Assembly (NCBI RefSeq): GCF_009914755.1
Contig: NC_060939.1
DNA length: 64,000 nt
Source of the DNA: the human T2T-CHM13v2.0 reference genome, Homo sapiens
Reading direction: 5' to 3' (one strand)
The notes below the pieces were generated by a model. It worked only from the letters and a program-made list of their open reading frames with translations, ran no database searches and was not told the origin of the DNA. Below are positions 49,681 through 63,690 of this stretch, piece after piece (the first letter of the stretch is position 1; each line of letters begins with the position of its first letter). The position numbers and the translations under genes are program-made.

Positions 49681-51389
49681 CCATTTTCTCAACAGTATGG
49701 CTGACACCAAGTATTTTTCACAAACAGAGAGTGCTTGGTGTGAATACATGAGCCTATATACAGAAGGCGATATGCCAGCTCCCCTGTGATTGGGGCTAAA
49801 TCAGTGCATCTAGGGATGGACTGCCAAATATTTTCAGGGTTGGACCAGCCCACATAAAATAGCTCTGGGCTGACAAGTCCAACAGATAGACTTAAATTGT
49901 ACAATTCCAACTCCAGAATCGATTCCTGTACTCCTTCCTTTACACTTGTACTTCCTTCCAAAGTAGGGTTGGGGGGCAGCAATCTCACTTCCCAACTCAG
50001 AAGCCCTCTTGGGAGCTGTGGTAAGCATGACTGCTATTTATTGAGTATATCTAGGCACTCACTAGGACTGCAGTTTTGTGGACCACCTTGAAGTTAAACA
50101 GTACCCCCATCACTTTCTTTGGAATGAAAAGTAAGCAGAAGTGAGGATGCATCACTCCCACGTGGAAGCTTGAAGATCCAGTGTGACTTGTCACATTCCC
50201 TTTTTCCTGGGTTGGCATTTGTGGAAGCATGAAACAGAACCCCACTCAGCCCCAGTCCCTCAGTGAGGCCAACTTAGACGCAAGGGCTCCCGCCAACACC
50301 TGGCGCAGCCATGGTGACGTGCAAAATGCAGCACCATTGTTTTAAGCAGTTGTGATTGGTGGGGGTGCTGTCTATCACATCTCCACATTTACCAATGGTA
50401 CTTTAATTTCTTCATTCAGACACTTCGCGTGCTTCACACCATCTTCAGCAAGTCTCCGCAGAAGTCCCTCATAAAAAAAAAAAAAAAAAAAAAAAAGGGC
50501 TTGTCGTCCTCAATGATATAATCCATTTTTAAAATGCCTCCTCCCCACTCTCTGTCCCAAAGTTGAGCTCAAATCTTCAATCTTCTGTTCCACAGAGTCA
50601 GATCATGACCACTTAGATCTGACTTGGGTAGCAGAAGCAAATAAGCCTGCATGGGTCTCATGCTTTTTTTAATGTGTCAGAATGAAGCAAACAAGCCAAC
50701 CTTTGGATTAAGAAAATGATTTTTTTAAAACCTCAACCTTTTCCTACTGATAGAAATCAAACACTGACATGTCCCTGGTGGGCGAGAGCTTCGCATCAAC
50801 AAATCTGGGAGCAGGAACTCATAAAACGGAATAAGTGGAAGCACAACAAACACAATTAAAAATCCAGCCATGCTCAGAGAGGGATTCCATTTACTGTCTC
50901 ATAAAAAGAGGCTAGTCCTCAGAGGCAAACAAAAGAAAATCAATTTCTTAATTTTTATTGGCAGATGTGGGACAGAGGCCAAGTGAACACGGGCTGTGCT
51001 CAAGAACAGACCTGGGGACTAGTCATGGCCTTCTGTTCCTAGACTTGTTCCTCTGGGCCCTCCCCTCTCTGCCTCCTCCGGCTTCCAGACAGACTCTGCC
51101 CTCTGTGGTCTCCGGGGCACATGGGGTCCTGCAGGCAGCACAGCAAGGCCTGCCCTCCGCACTTCTCCGCTCCTCTCCCTGAATCATTTCCCAAAAGATA
51201 AGCTTTATTCTCTGGCTCGAATTCCCTCCCAGCCTCTTACAGGAACCAAAGGCGTTGTTCATGCCTCGCAGCATTCATAGCTTGGAGGTATCACTTGGTG
51301 ATTGAAAATGATGTTGCTCATCAACCAGCCCAAGAACACGCACTTAAGGAAGGGGAAGGCAGGATGGGTATTTGGACTCAGCTTCCCTT

Positions 51390-51570
51390 ACCTCCCTTAA
51401 TCATCACCACAACCCTGGGGGTAGATCCTCTTATCCCCAGTGATGTAGTTGAGGAAATTCAAGCTCAAGGCTTCATAATTTGCCCAAGATCACACAGTTA
51501 ATAAATGGTAAACAGATCCACGTCTATCTGACTTCAAAGTCTGGGCTCATTTCACTGCAGCACCTTGCTG
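51390..51570 (-). mobile_element. MIR SINE
   Basis: taatcatcaccacaaccctggggtag...gaggaaattcaagctc...ttgcccaagatcacacag. Confidence 0.7.
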
Positions 51571-52689
51571 CCCCACCCTCCAGTATTGTTTTTCTAACAA
51601 CAGGACAAGTCAGCCACATTCTCCTTCCCACTCCCAACCTTTACTCTCTTGAAATTCATTTGTAAGAGAACTGGCTTTGTTTAGGAAAGAAGCCCATGAC
51701 ATTTCCAGTAAACTCCAAACCCACAACTGTGGCATAAGGATGTAGCTGTCAGGGGCAACCAGAAATTCATAGCACAGGAATGGCCGGCAGCAAGGGGTCT
51801 GAGAATGTCAAAACAAGCATCCTGGAGGGAAGGCAGATGCCATCAGACTTCTCCAAAGACTCTTTGTACAGACAGTATTTCAGACCATCCCAGGCATCAA
51901 CAGGAAGTGAGTAGTTACCTTCTGATTGCACGTATAAGGTGACTGGAATACAAAATGCTGGGTTTTTGGCCCGAGGCCCCATGAAGAGATCATAGTTCAA
52001 ATTTCAACATGTCTAAATTCAGTTCTAGCCACTATGGCTTGCTAGTGTTACCTCAAAATAGAGACATTTATTTTCCCTAAAGATTTATCTGTAACTTTCC
52101 CCCAACTTCCTGGGGACTTTTGAAGACTGGGAGGAAACATCACTTGAGGTCATGCAGTGCCAGGGGCTGCCATGTTGAACTGCTACAGTCCTCATGCCTC
52201 CACCCACTCACATCATGTCCCTTTTGGCACTTGCATGATCTGATTTCAACACCAAAGCCAAGAGAATGAGAACCCAAATTCCTGAGGGCTAAGCCCAAAT
52301 GCCTCTGACTTTACGGAGGTCACAAGAGGGAAATCTAATATCTAAAACCCCACTAGGTGATCCTGGATGGCTTCAATATGAAGTTCTTTCAAATTAAAGT
52401 GAGGCACAATGAGTTAGAAGAGAAAGAGAGAGAGAACTGATGCAGAGAAGAAGAAAATCCTTTTCTGGAGGAACTTGGGGTCTTATAGGCACTGGCTGAT
52501 ATAAGACTTCCTAACTAGATATGTCACCCACAGTTGTATGGGTCTCATACACTGCAATAGGGTATCCAGGGTATGTCTCAAGAAAACCCTTTTCCCAGTA
52601 TTTCTAAGTACACATGGAGTCATACCATGGCATATTGTCACCCCCAGAAAAGTCAGAGTGATGATCTGAAATACCTGTGTAGTAAAACA

Positions 52690-53210
<521 letters not shown>

Positions 53211-54201
53211 CACCACACCCGCCCCCCCACCCCACCACCACCTCAACCTACATAATCATACGGCCAAAAGCACTAGGTCTAGAATGAACACACTTCTGAA
53301 CTATAATGCACCTAAATCAAAGATGCTGAAATGAGGCCTGAATTTACAGTTAGCTAGAAACCATGAAAGTCCAATGTCTTCTTCCAGGCCATTCTGAGAT
53401 TATGAACTCAATCCCATGCCCTAAGAATCCTGTGTGCTCACACTCAGCTCACCCTGGGCTTGACACAGACCCTATCATCTTATATCAGACAAAGAGGTAC
53501 TTTCCCTTTTATTAGAAAATATTTGCTGTAGCACCATGCTGAGTTCCACAAGCCCTGAAGGTACTTCTGCTGGGGGCTGTGCATGCCCTGCGGGACCACA
53601 GGCCCTACCTTTGCATAGGGGATGGACTATTGCAGGTGCTTCTGGCCTCCTGTAGCCTCTTGCCTAGTGCTCACTGGACCAGGTGTTGGCACCTGCCCAT
53701 CTTAGGTAGCACATCTCCCAGGCCCAGCTCTCTGTTGAGTCACAGTGTTGCCTCCAACTAGAATAGTACATCCAAGTCTCAGGACCTATAACAGGAGCCC
53801 ACCACCCTGTGTCTGTGGCAAGGATATCTTGTGGACAAGTCACAGAGCAGTCCTATGGCATTTTACTTCTGGAAGTTGTGCCATTACCCAGTGTTATAAT
53901 TTTCATCAGAAACATACACCCATAAAAAGCAGTAAGGAACCTGTCTGCATTTGAACCCATCCTGCTGTTGATTGTCCTGGGGTCAACACTGGCCCATTTC
54001 CTTACTTATCCCAATTCAAGCTTCTCAGCTGGTCCTAAAATTCTCTAGATCATAAATCCCTACAAGGCAAGGACTCTATCCTGGATATCTCTGAATTTCA
54101 CTGCGTCCCTATTAAAGTCCCTTTAAGAGAACAGGCAATTACAAAATATACGTTGCCCCAAGTGCTACCCCAGACACTGGTAGGCATTGCCTCTCCAAAG
54201 C

Positions 54202-54691
54202 TGTGAACTTCCTAGAGCTGCCATAACAACCACAACAAAACACAAACTAGGTGACTTAAAACAACAGAGTTATGCACTACAGTTCTGGAGGCTAGCAGTT
54301 GGAAATCAAGGTACCAGCCAGGCCATGGTCCCTGAGACTCTGGATAGAATCCCTCCTTGCCTCCACCAAGCTTCTGTTGGTGGCTGCCAATCCTTGTCAT
54401 TCCTTGGCATGTTAATGCATCACTCTGACCTCTGTCATCATGTAGCCTTCTCCGCTCATCGCATGGCATCTTCCTCTTTGTGTGTGTCCATTTCTGTGTC
54501 TCTTCTCCTCTTTTTATAAGGCCCTCAGTCAAATTAGATCAAGGGCGCACTCTATTCCTGTATCACTTCATCTTAACTTAAATCTTAATTCCATCTGCAA
54601 AGAGGCTATTTCCGAATAAGTTCACATTAACAGGTACTAGTGATTAAGACTTCAACATATCTTTTTGCAGGACACAATTCAACCCACAGCA
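54202..54691 (-). mobile_element. MaLR solo LTR (MLT1C-like)
   Basis: cctagagctgccataacaa...acttaaaacaacag...cagttctggaggctag...ctgcaaagaggctatttcc...ggacacaattcaacccac. Confidence 0.85.
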
Positions 54692-57600
54692 CCATGTCTC
54701 CCATATGCCTAATCTTCAGCACCCAGGCTGGAGCATCAGTGGCAGGCACAAGGGATAAACCAGCATTATAAGGATGGTGATAGATGTGGAGGAATCTCCG
54801 GCTCTGGGTGAACTGGGAGTTCAATCTATGGGCATTTAATCTCCCAAGAGCAGCTCCCCAGGAACTGTAGCAATATGTACCCTCTAGAATCCTTGAAAGT
54901 GACCTACAGACTATAGTTCATGATTCATGCCACACCTTCCAGACTGTCCTTTCCTGCCCATGTGCTCACCAAATACCTTCTCCTGTGCTGGGCTCTGAGC
55001 TAGGGACTAGAAAAGGGGAGAAAAAAGACACAACCTCAGCCTGAACAGGTCCCCAGGTCTACAGGTGGGACACACAAATAAACCAACAGAGATGACACAT
55101 AGGAAGAGCACCATGTTACAGGTGCGCTCAGGACATGAGGCAGCACCTGAGACAGTCAACCAGGGGAGGACAGAGAGGAAGGCAGTGCAAGGAAGGACAC
55201 CTCACCCAGCAAACACATTAGCCTGTAGCTCCATCTGCCCACATACTTCATCCTTGTCCCACCCCAGAGGACTTGTCTAGCCTCCTGTTCCACAGATCCT
55301 CTCTGTTTTCTCAGGGGGGGTCACCTTCATGGCACCTTGAACCTTGGCTGCTGTCTCTTCTCCCCACACACCTGGACAGCAGCCGGGCAAGGGCCCCAGC
55401 AGCCTCTATTAATCTCTTGGCTCACTCATCCCTTTCACAGACATGCCATAAAAATGATATAAGCATTTCATTCGAACAGCGCTGCAGCAGGAATGGCGAG
55501 GGTACAGAGGGTCGATTGATTTTCAGCATGTGCAGGTACAAATGCAACACCAAAATCAATTGAAATAACACCGCATCAGTTCTGTGATCTCTTCCCTTGT
55601 ACGGCACGCTTTATATACTGTAGTACCTGCTCCTGTCTACGTGCCTGCCCTGACCGCCCTGCAGAGGCTCCATGGGCGAGGCTGACAGCTGACACCCACA
55701 GGGCCATGTACTCTAAGCCCCTTCAGTCACACAGGGAAAAGCAATGAGGTTCCACGCATGCCCACCAGCAGACCCTCATAAACATACCGGAAATCCCATG
55801 TGCACTCCCTGAACAAGAATGTGTATGAACACACATGAACTAGTAGCACGTGGCTGCTCATTGAACAGGTGTGTAAGGAGAATTACTGGTCTGCATTTCT
55901 TCACAATTTTATACCTTCTTCCATCTCACCAGATAAAATATTTCCATGAGTGATGTATATAATATACTTATGTGTAATATACCCAGGAATATTGAACACC
56001 CAAACAGAATACCCCAAAAAGGTGCGGTGAGGTAGATGGTGGGGAGATTCTATAGTAGTGAGTTAGCCCTGGTACCAAGGGAAAAAAAAAGTCCAGAGAT
56101 CTCATCTGAAAATGTATAAATGCATATTATTTTGAAATTTTGTGACTTCTCACAATCAGTTTATAGTATTATTCTTGTACTGATGTCTAGATCAGGTTAT
56201 ATTATTAAACTAGCCAATTCATTAAAACTCCTCACCTTCACGGTACCTCCTCATCAAAAGTCTGTTTCTTCATGCATCCATTAACCTAACAATGGTTCAG
56301 GTAAGAAATTGAAGCCTGCCAAAAAGGGAGTATCTCCTCATTCAGTTCAGAGATGTCTGGTTCTATTAAAAGGAGGGCGACCACACATCCTGATCTGCCC
56401 TGGACAGTCTGTTTATCTGTTGTTCCAGCATCATCATTAATAGAGCCCCCTTTGGTCTGGATGAAAAATGGTGTAGTAAGCCTGATAAAAAGTAACTTAG
56501 GCCTCCTGTGTGTGGGAGTGGAAGGTGGAGAAAAGATAGTCATGGGTAGAATCAACTGCTGTTTTGAACTCCAGACACTAGTGATGCAATATCACAAGTA
56601 AAGCAGTGAACCACCCTAGCCAACATGTCTCCATCCTATCTCCTAAACTCCCTTTGAGGCAGTCTATAGAGGGGCCTAGCAAGTATCCTCAGAATATCCA
56701 TATAGGACATTGTCCTTCTTAGGCAGTCAATAAATATCATTTGATGACAACGACGCAGCCATTGATTTTCCACTCCCTCTTCTCCCTCTGTTCACTTCTC
56801 CCTGCCTCCTTCCTCAGGGTATAGGTCAATCAATCTTAGGCCATCTTGATCTACTTGGAAAGCTTAACTGCCATGAAGCTAAACCACTTGTCCTCTGGCT
56901 CCAATCTCTTAGAGAAATTAGTGCCAATGGAAGTGTCAGTATCAATTTCATAACGTTATTGGATGAAGGCAAGGCTGGGCAAAGTCCCATATTCCTGACG
57001 GGCTATCAAAGTGATGAGGATTATGGGTAAGGAGACAGACAGCTCTGACAGGAGAGGCAATGACTCAAGAGCAATTAGACTGACAAGACTATCTTTGAGC
57101 CCCATCACTTAATGCTGACACAGGTACATTCCCCACAGAGATGTAGAATGTGGGATGCAGGTTTTTCCTGGTGTCTGCAGGGGTAACTGGAGAGCCTGGA
57201 GGCTTGCAAAGAAGCCTTTGGCCCCACACCTCTCTTAACAAAGGGTTCCAACACAATAGTAGGATTTTGCTCTCATGATGGGAAGACTGAATATCTGGCC
57301 CCTCCTTTTCCTGCATTCTAAAGAAAATGTCAAGATAAAATGTAGGCTATGTATTTAAATTTAACTCCTTTGCAGAGTCAGGGGAAGACTTGGGATTATT
57401 AAAATGAAAATCAAGATCTTGTAAAAGTCAAACCATCTTACCAGGAAAGGAGATTTATCCTGGAAGGCAAGAGCAACAGATGGATGCCACAAGGGTCCTG
57501 AGTTCTAATCCAAGCTCTTACCCCAGCACTGCTGTAAATACAACTGTGTGCAATCGGGAAGGTGTCACCTTATCTCTGTGAGGCTTCAAGTTCCTCCTGT

Positions 57601-58149
57601 AAGGTCAACCGTAACCTCCCGCTACCCTACAACACTGACGAAATGAAATGCCAGCAGTGTCAAGGGCAAATGAGGAATCAGAGAAGGATATATTTTAAGA
57701 TCTGGTGAGGTGTGTAGAAATTGCTTTTCCTCTGTGCCTGATAGAAGATGCACAGAAGCAACCCTGGAGCTGAGAATGCAGTGCAAGGTGGTGCTGAAGA
57801 GACAGAAAAGCAAGTCTTGTCTCCTGCTCAAATGGACCGCATGCAAGAGGCATGGAAGTGATGCTTCGAATACTTACATAGTATGCCTAGTCTATTTTAA
57901 GTCCTTAACAGTTTATTTCCCCTAGTTTTCAAGAGTTTATGTTCCCAGGGCAGCAGGCATAATTTTGACCCTGTGAGGTTACAGCTATTTAAGCAGGTTT
58001 GCTTTATTATTTTTTAATTGCTTAACAATATTGTTTGTTGGTGATCTATTAAAAACCCCACAGTGTTTTATAATGGAATTTAAAATTCATGTAATTTTGA
58101 AGTGTCCACTTCAGAATGGTGTGTGTGTTTATGGGGTTCACTAACAGCT

Positions 58150-58560
58150 AATATTAATTAGCTGATCCTGACACTGACCTAAGCATTTAAGCTAAGCAAA
58201 ATGATATATGTAAAAGGTCAGTATGTAGCAAGCCTTATCTGAATAATGTCAACCCTGGCCAAGAGGCTGTTGTCAATATTATCTGAAACTGCTGAGTTCC
58301 CAAACACACTCAGAACATTGGCCTAATATGCAAATGTGTGAATCAGGGGATTCCTCCCAAGGTGCCTTTAAATAGCAGGCCCTTTAAAGACACTGTGGTG
58401 CAGCTGAGGGTATTTTAAGATCATTAACCAATTGAAAGAGAGGTTGGGAGCAGAGAAACTTGAAGTGTTAGAAGTTTCTGCTAATCGAAGATGGTTCAGA
58501 ATCAATGATTATGCATCTCTGCATCTGCCAGAGAAAGCTATAGGAAAGCATTAGACAGTG
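58150..58560 (+). mobile_element. Possible highly decayed Tigger/pogo-like transposase fragment
   Basis: One frame reads QLKERLGAEKLEVLEVSANRRWFR, resembling the CENP-B-type HTH motif F.ASRGWF.RF. Confidence 0.3.
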
Positions 58561-59134
58561 AAGAAGTTTTGCTAGGCACACACTTGGCATTGTGCTCCTG
58601 ACGCTCATAGATGCAAAACTTCACACTCAACAATTTTAGAAACATATCTGTTGGGAAACTCTGAATGGGCTATTGACTATTTTCACATAATAGTATCTTT
58701 GTTGAAGGCACAGGCATTCATTAAACCAACAATTTGCCCCTGAATTTTTTTTAATGCAGTTAAGCACCAAGAATATAAACAGGAGAACTTCCAAAGAGAA
58801 GTAAAGAAAGTGTCAATATAATATCAGGGTTTTCTTCACTGTCCTTCCCTATTGTTGGCATGAATTCGAAGGCACGTGTGTCCCAGGCTATAGGGGAAAA
58901 CTAGACTTTTACAGGTGGGATTCCAACAAGATGCTTCTCAAAATCACCACATTACAATCCTTAAGCTAATAAATGACATCTATTTTAAAAATGGATGACT
59001 TCTAATGGGCCTAGGCACCATTCCCATCTTGGCCTGGGCTCACAGCATATTTATATATGGAATGTTTTCTACTTCAGATATTAGACATGTATCTTTTTAA
59101 AGTTTAGCTAGGTAGATTGAGTAATCAATATATA

Positions 59135-59137
<3 letters not shown>

Positions 59138-59173
<36 letters not shown>

Positions 59174-59180
59174 TGTGTGT
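59138..59180. repeat. (TG)n microsatellite with one interruption
   Basis: Direct observation. Confidence 0.95.
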
Positions 59181-59354
59181 TTGTATAGAAAGCATAGCTG
59201 AGTAGTATACACACACTCACACACACAAATAAATCAGATAGTATTTGTGGAAAATCCACTCAGGGATCAGGCTATGCTTTCCTGTGCTTTCTAATTTAAT
59301 AGAACTACTATTTGATGAGTATATACCATAGCCAAAATTGCCCCCAAGCAATTT

Positions 59355-59550
59355 ATAAATAATTAGCTCATTTAATCTTTGCAAACTTGCAATGATCACT
59401 TCCATTTTACAGACAAAGAAATTGAGGCTCAGAACTATTTTATTAACCTGCCAACTGTCCCTCAGCTAATAAATGGTGAAATTGGAATTCCAATCCAAGA
59501 CCATGTAATCCATCCCAAGGCCTGTACTCATCCTACAATATACTCCCTGC
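59355..59550 (-). mobile_element. MIR SINE
   Basis: ctcatttaatcttt...ccattttacagacaaagaaattgaggctcaga. Confidence 0.75.
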
Positions 59551-60169
59551 CACAAACTATAATTTTAAGAAAACTTAGGAAACAATATGATAAGAGAGCA
59601 TATATAATATTTTCCATGGGTCTGTTGCAGAATTTTCATCAAATTTACTCTCTAATACCATTTAGGTGTGTCTTCATTCATAAACATGTACAAATTGGGT
59701 TTGACATTCAAAGACCGTGGTCATCTAATTATTTCACTAACCACATCTCCTACCAGCAATTGAGTAAAAGTACACGTCTGCTGTTCCCCAAATACACAAT
59801 CTACATTTCCACCTCTGCCACACCTGTGCTCCAGCCCAAGACATTTGCTTTGATGCCTACAACCCACCTGCCCAACCCTACACCTCCCAGGAACCAGCTC
59901 AATCCCCACCACTCCCTTGAAGCATTTCTTGAACCTAACTCTCCCTCCTCTTTCTCCCCACTCCACCCACTCACAGTTATTTCTTCCTGTAGATTCGTGC
60001 AGCTCTTCTGAAGATCAAGGTTTGCCTATTGCCTCTCTGTCTCTCGCTAGTGATTCTCTGCAACCCAAGAATAAGGCTTAACAGGGAAGGAAGTTGTTGT
60101 GACTCCATGCTTTTATTCCTCTTGACTAAGAAAAGGCAACAGTGTTTATCACAATGAGGAGCATGTCTC

Positions 60170-60365
60170 AGTCAAAAGCATCATTTCTGCTGCTCTGTTA
60201 ACTAATGCCATCTTGGTCATGCCTCTTAAACTAAGTATTTGTTTCCTTATCTATAAATAGGGTTAATAACAGTAACTCCCTCATCAGACTATTGTTGGGG
60301 TTAAATAAAATACTTACGTAAAGCCCTTGGCATGGTATAAGTTCTCAGTAAATGTTAACTAAAAA
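60170..60365 (+). mobile_element. MIR SINE
   Basis: gtttccttatctataaatagggttaataacagta...ttaaataaaatacttacgtaaagcc. Confidence 0.7.
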
Positions 60366-61569
60366 TAATTCTAGTAAAGTAAAAAAGAAAAAAAACAGTG
60401 GTTAGCTAACTCAAGAACTTTGCTGTTAATACTTTTAACCCCCATGATAATTACTGATTTAAGTGACAGGTTCTTCTTTTAATATAGCCACTAATGACAG
60501 CATCTATATGCCCTAAAGTCTTCCATTCCATGCTAGGGGATCACAGTTAGCCAATGCTTCCCACTTCTCATCAAAGCAAGAGGACTTAATAATGCAAATA
60601 AGGAATGAGCTTTATTAGATGTAGAGAAGAGCACCATAATTGAAAGACTGGCTAACTCTTCTTGGTTACCATGGACTTTAGCCTGATTCTTCACCTATCC
60701 AGGCATTTAGTAAGGACCCAATAAATGTTAAAGGACAACCCTGTTAACCATGCTGGATGAACATAGTTCCCTAATTTCCATACATAAAGGGGAAATGTAT
60801 TATAGAATAAGTGATGTCATAAATATTTCCAGGTGTACATCTAAAATAGCTCCAAGAATAGGACAGGAGGTAGCCTGCACTCAACACAGGGATCCATCAC
60901 CCCCTATCACGTCCTGGAGAGAGGCTGGGTGAGACATCAGCATGGCTGCCATTTCTTAATTTCCCAGTAACATGGTGAAAATAGGAAGCTATGGCTCCAA
61001 GAGATGAGGTGACTTGCCTGAGCACACATGGCTAGAAAGGGGAAAAATTAGTTGGAACCCTGGTCAGTCAGACCGAAAAGCCAATTCTCTAGTTTGGAGT
61101 AAGCACGCTATGACTCTAACTCCAACATGCTAAAGCCCATGGGCGTCTTTCAAAGAGGTATCCAGACATCTGCTGTCAGAGGTGTCAGGGGCTGCCACAT
61201 CCAAGAGTGGAGTCTTCCCTACAGCCATGCATTGTATGATACTTTAAAGTTAGATGTAATTAATGCTGATTGTAATCACTGGGAGTTAATAGATTTATTA
61301 TAATAGTGAGCTAAAAATGGCTTATGCTAATAAATCAATGAGAAATGAGATGGAAAGTGAAAAATCTTTGGGTAATGGAGGTGGAGGGTGTCAGGGAGGG
61401 GAGTATAGGTGCAGAAGTTTGCTAGCACATATGACAGGCCAAGGAGGTGCAGCAACGGAAGCACTCACCCATCGAACAGGTTGTCACATTCCAGGTATTT
61501 TAGGAACAAGGAGCTGAAAATATTAAGAGAATTTGGGCCCAAGGGGTTATCTATCAGCTGATCAGTATG

Positions 61570-61920
61570 GAAGCCTTATTAGCTGTGTAACTTTAAATAA
61601 GTGGCTTAACTTCTTTGAGCCTTGGTTTCCTATCTGGAAAACTGGGAAAATGAGCCTCCCCTCAACAGTGTCCATTTATCAGATTCTCAAAACATTTATT
61701 AGGAACCTACTATGTGCCAGACACTGTTCTAGGAACTGGGGATACAAAACAAAGCCCTTGTTTGATGGCAATAACATTCTAAGGGGAGGGCAACAGAATG
61801 TGGATAACTAAACCAATAAATATATGTCATTTGTCTAGTGGTACTGGCAGCCACAAAGGAAGGTGCAGCAGGGTAAGGGGGCAGAGAGTAATGAGGCTAA
61901 TTTTATATAGGTCACAAGGG
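61570..61920. mobile_element. MIR (+) followed by an L2 3' end (-)
   Basis: cttaacttctttgagccttggtttcctatctggaaaa; aacatttattaggaacctactatgtgccagacactgttctagg. Confidence 0.7.
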
Positions 61921-62249
61921 TTATAGGAGTTCAGAGATTCAAAGGGCCTGTCCCACAGTCAGTGTGTGGAGGCTCCACTTAATAGCCAAGGCCGGAGACC
62001 TCATACCTACTAAATAGAAGGGTTTGGCTACAGTGGACTTAAGAGGGTTCCTGGGACTGACAGCCGGACCATGCAAAGGGTATTTGTCAAGAACAGTCCT
62101 TGAAACCAGCAACCCAACATGCCTGTACTTCACTCTGAATTTGACAAGAGCAAGCTGACCATGGATCTGATGCCCAACATACAGTGAGGCCATAGGTACG
62201 TTGGTCAGGGGTATGGGCTATGGTGGGAGACCTCCCAAGTTCTTTGGGA

Positions 62250-62440
62250 CCTCAGCTGGGCAAGTTATTTGCCCTCGCTCTGCCTCAGTATTCCCATATC
62301 AATAATAGGGAAAATAATAGCACCTACTTGACAAAGATTCTAAGGTTGTTATGAGATTTAAATGAAGAAATATGTGTAAAATACTTAGCACAGTGCCTGG
62401 CACATAGCCAGGGCTAGATAAATATTAGTAATTAATAGAG
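62250..62440 (+). mobile_element. MIR SINE
   Basis: gggcaagtta...ctctgcctcagt...aaatacttagcacagtgcctggcacatag. Confidence 0.8.
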
Positions 62441-63399
62441 TTGTTAAGTTCAGACATGGGTACAAATACCTTATCAAAATGAAAGGCTATACTTAATGGA
62501 ACTGGTAAAAATCAGAATTTCATGTCCTTTGGCAATTTGCCTCAAGTTCTCTTCCCTGAGACCAGGCTCTGAAAAAAGGTACTGATTAATATGACACTAC
62601 AGGAAGCTGATAGAAAGGTTTGCTCTCTTCTGTGCCAAGGTAGATAGAATGTGCTGGGCTGCAAATCTAAGGGGAAAATAAAGCCGATAATTCAACAAGT
62701 GGTGTTATGACTGGTTCCATCACCATGAGCATTGAGCCCAGTTCAATATAAACCAGAGGCCGTTCTGGGCAAAAAGAAATGGGAATAATAAAACCTGCCT
62801 CATTTGTTTGTACTGCCAGTTTTAGGCAATCAGTCAATCCAAAAAATATATTGAATGCCTATTGCGAGCAAACCATTAAATAATAACATTAGTAACTACC
62901 ATTTGTTGGAAAGTTAATATAAGGTAGACATAGTGTTCTATATATCTACTGACCCAGTTCACAGCCACTTCCTCTACAAATTCTGATCTAAGTGTCCTCT
63001 GCTTCTGCCCACCCCGGTCCCAGCCAGAACTCCTCATTCCTGGCATTCAGCCCCACACATGAGCAATCCACATTGACCTGCAGCTGGTTATAAGCTCTTG
63101 GGTGCCCTACCAGATGAGATGCAGGCTCCTTTATAGTAGAGACATCCTAGAGTTCATGTCTTGCAAAATGAGCAACTCAACAGGCATCCCATACAATTAG
63201 ACAGTTAGAATTAATTAAAGAACAGAAATAGCAAAATATGACAGCATGGCACCTCCTATTTCAGTTCTGGAGTTTCTGCAAAGCACTTGGTAGCTAACAT
63301 TATGAGGGCAACCCCAGAGATGAGGCCAAAATACTCCTGGATCTCAATTTCCCCCTGGGTCAGTGGGTTATATAGAAATGCTCCTAGCTTCTGAAAATA

Positions 63400-63690
63400 T
63401 TGATGATGATGATGATGATGATAACAATAATAATAATAGCAGCAAACATTCAACAAGTGCTTACTATGTTTCAGGCATTGTGCTCTTTGCATGTATTTTT
63501 TTTTCCAAAGTGCAAGTGATTTTTGCACTTCCATGAGAAAGGTACTCTTAATATCACCATTTTGCAGATGAGAAAACTGAGGCTGAGAGAGATGTAGATC
63601 TTTGCCCACACCAAGCAGGTAGAAATTAACAGAGCTGGGATTTCAACTCCTATGTAGCTAACCTCAGAGCCCAAACACTTCCCTGTGCTT
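63400..63690 (-). mobile_element. MIR SINE with (GAT)n(AAT)n tail
   Basis: gatgatgat...aataataatagc...ccattttgcagatgagaaaactgaggctgagagag. Confidence 0.8.

Noticed and set aside
50474-50496. Poly(A)/poly(T) runs (also ~10812, 11331, 25597) as processed-pseudogene tails
   Set aside because: No upstream coding similarity or convincing TSD was seen.
59379-60011. Longest ORF in the window (210 aa)
   Set aside because: It begins inside a MIR at a TTG start and shows no recognisable domain, so it is consistent with chance.
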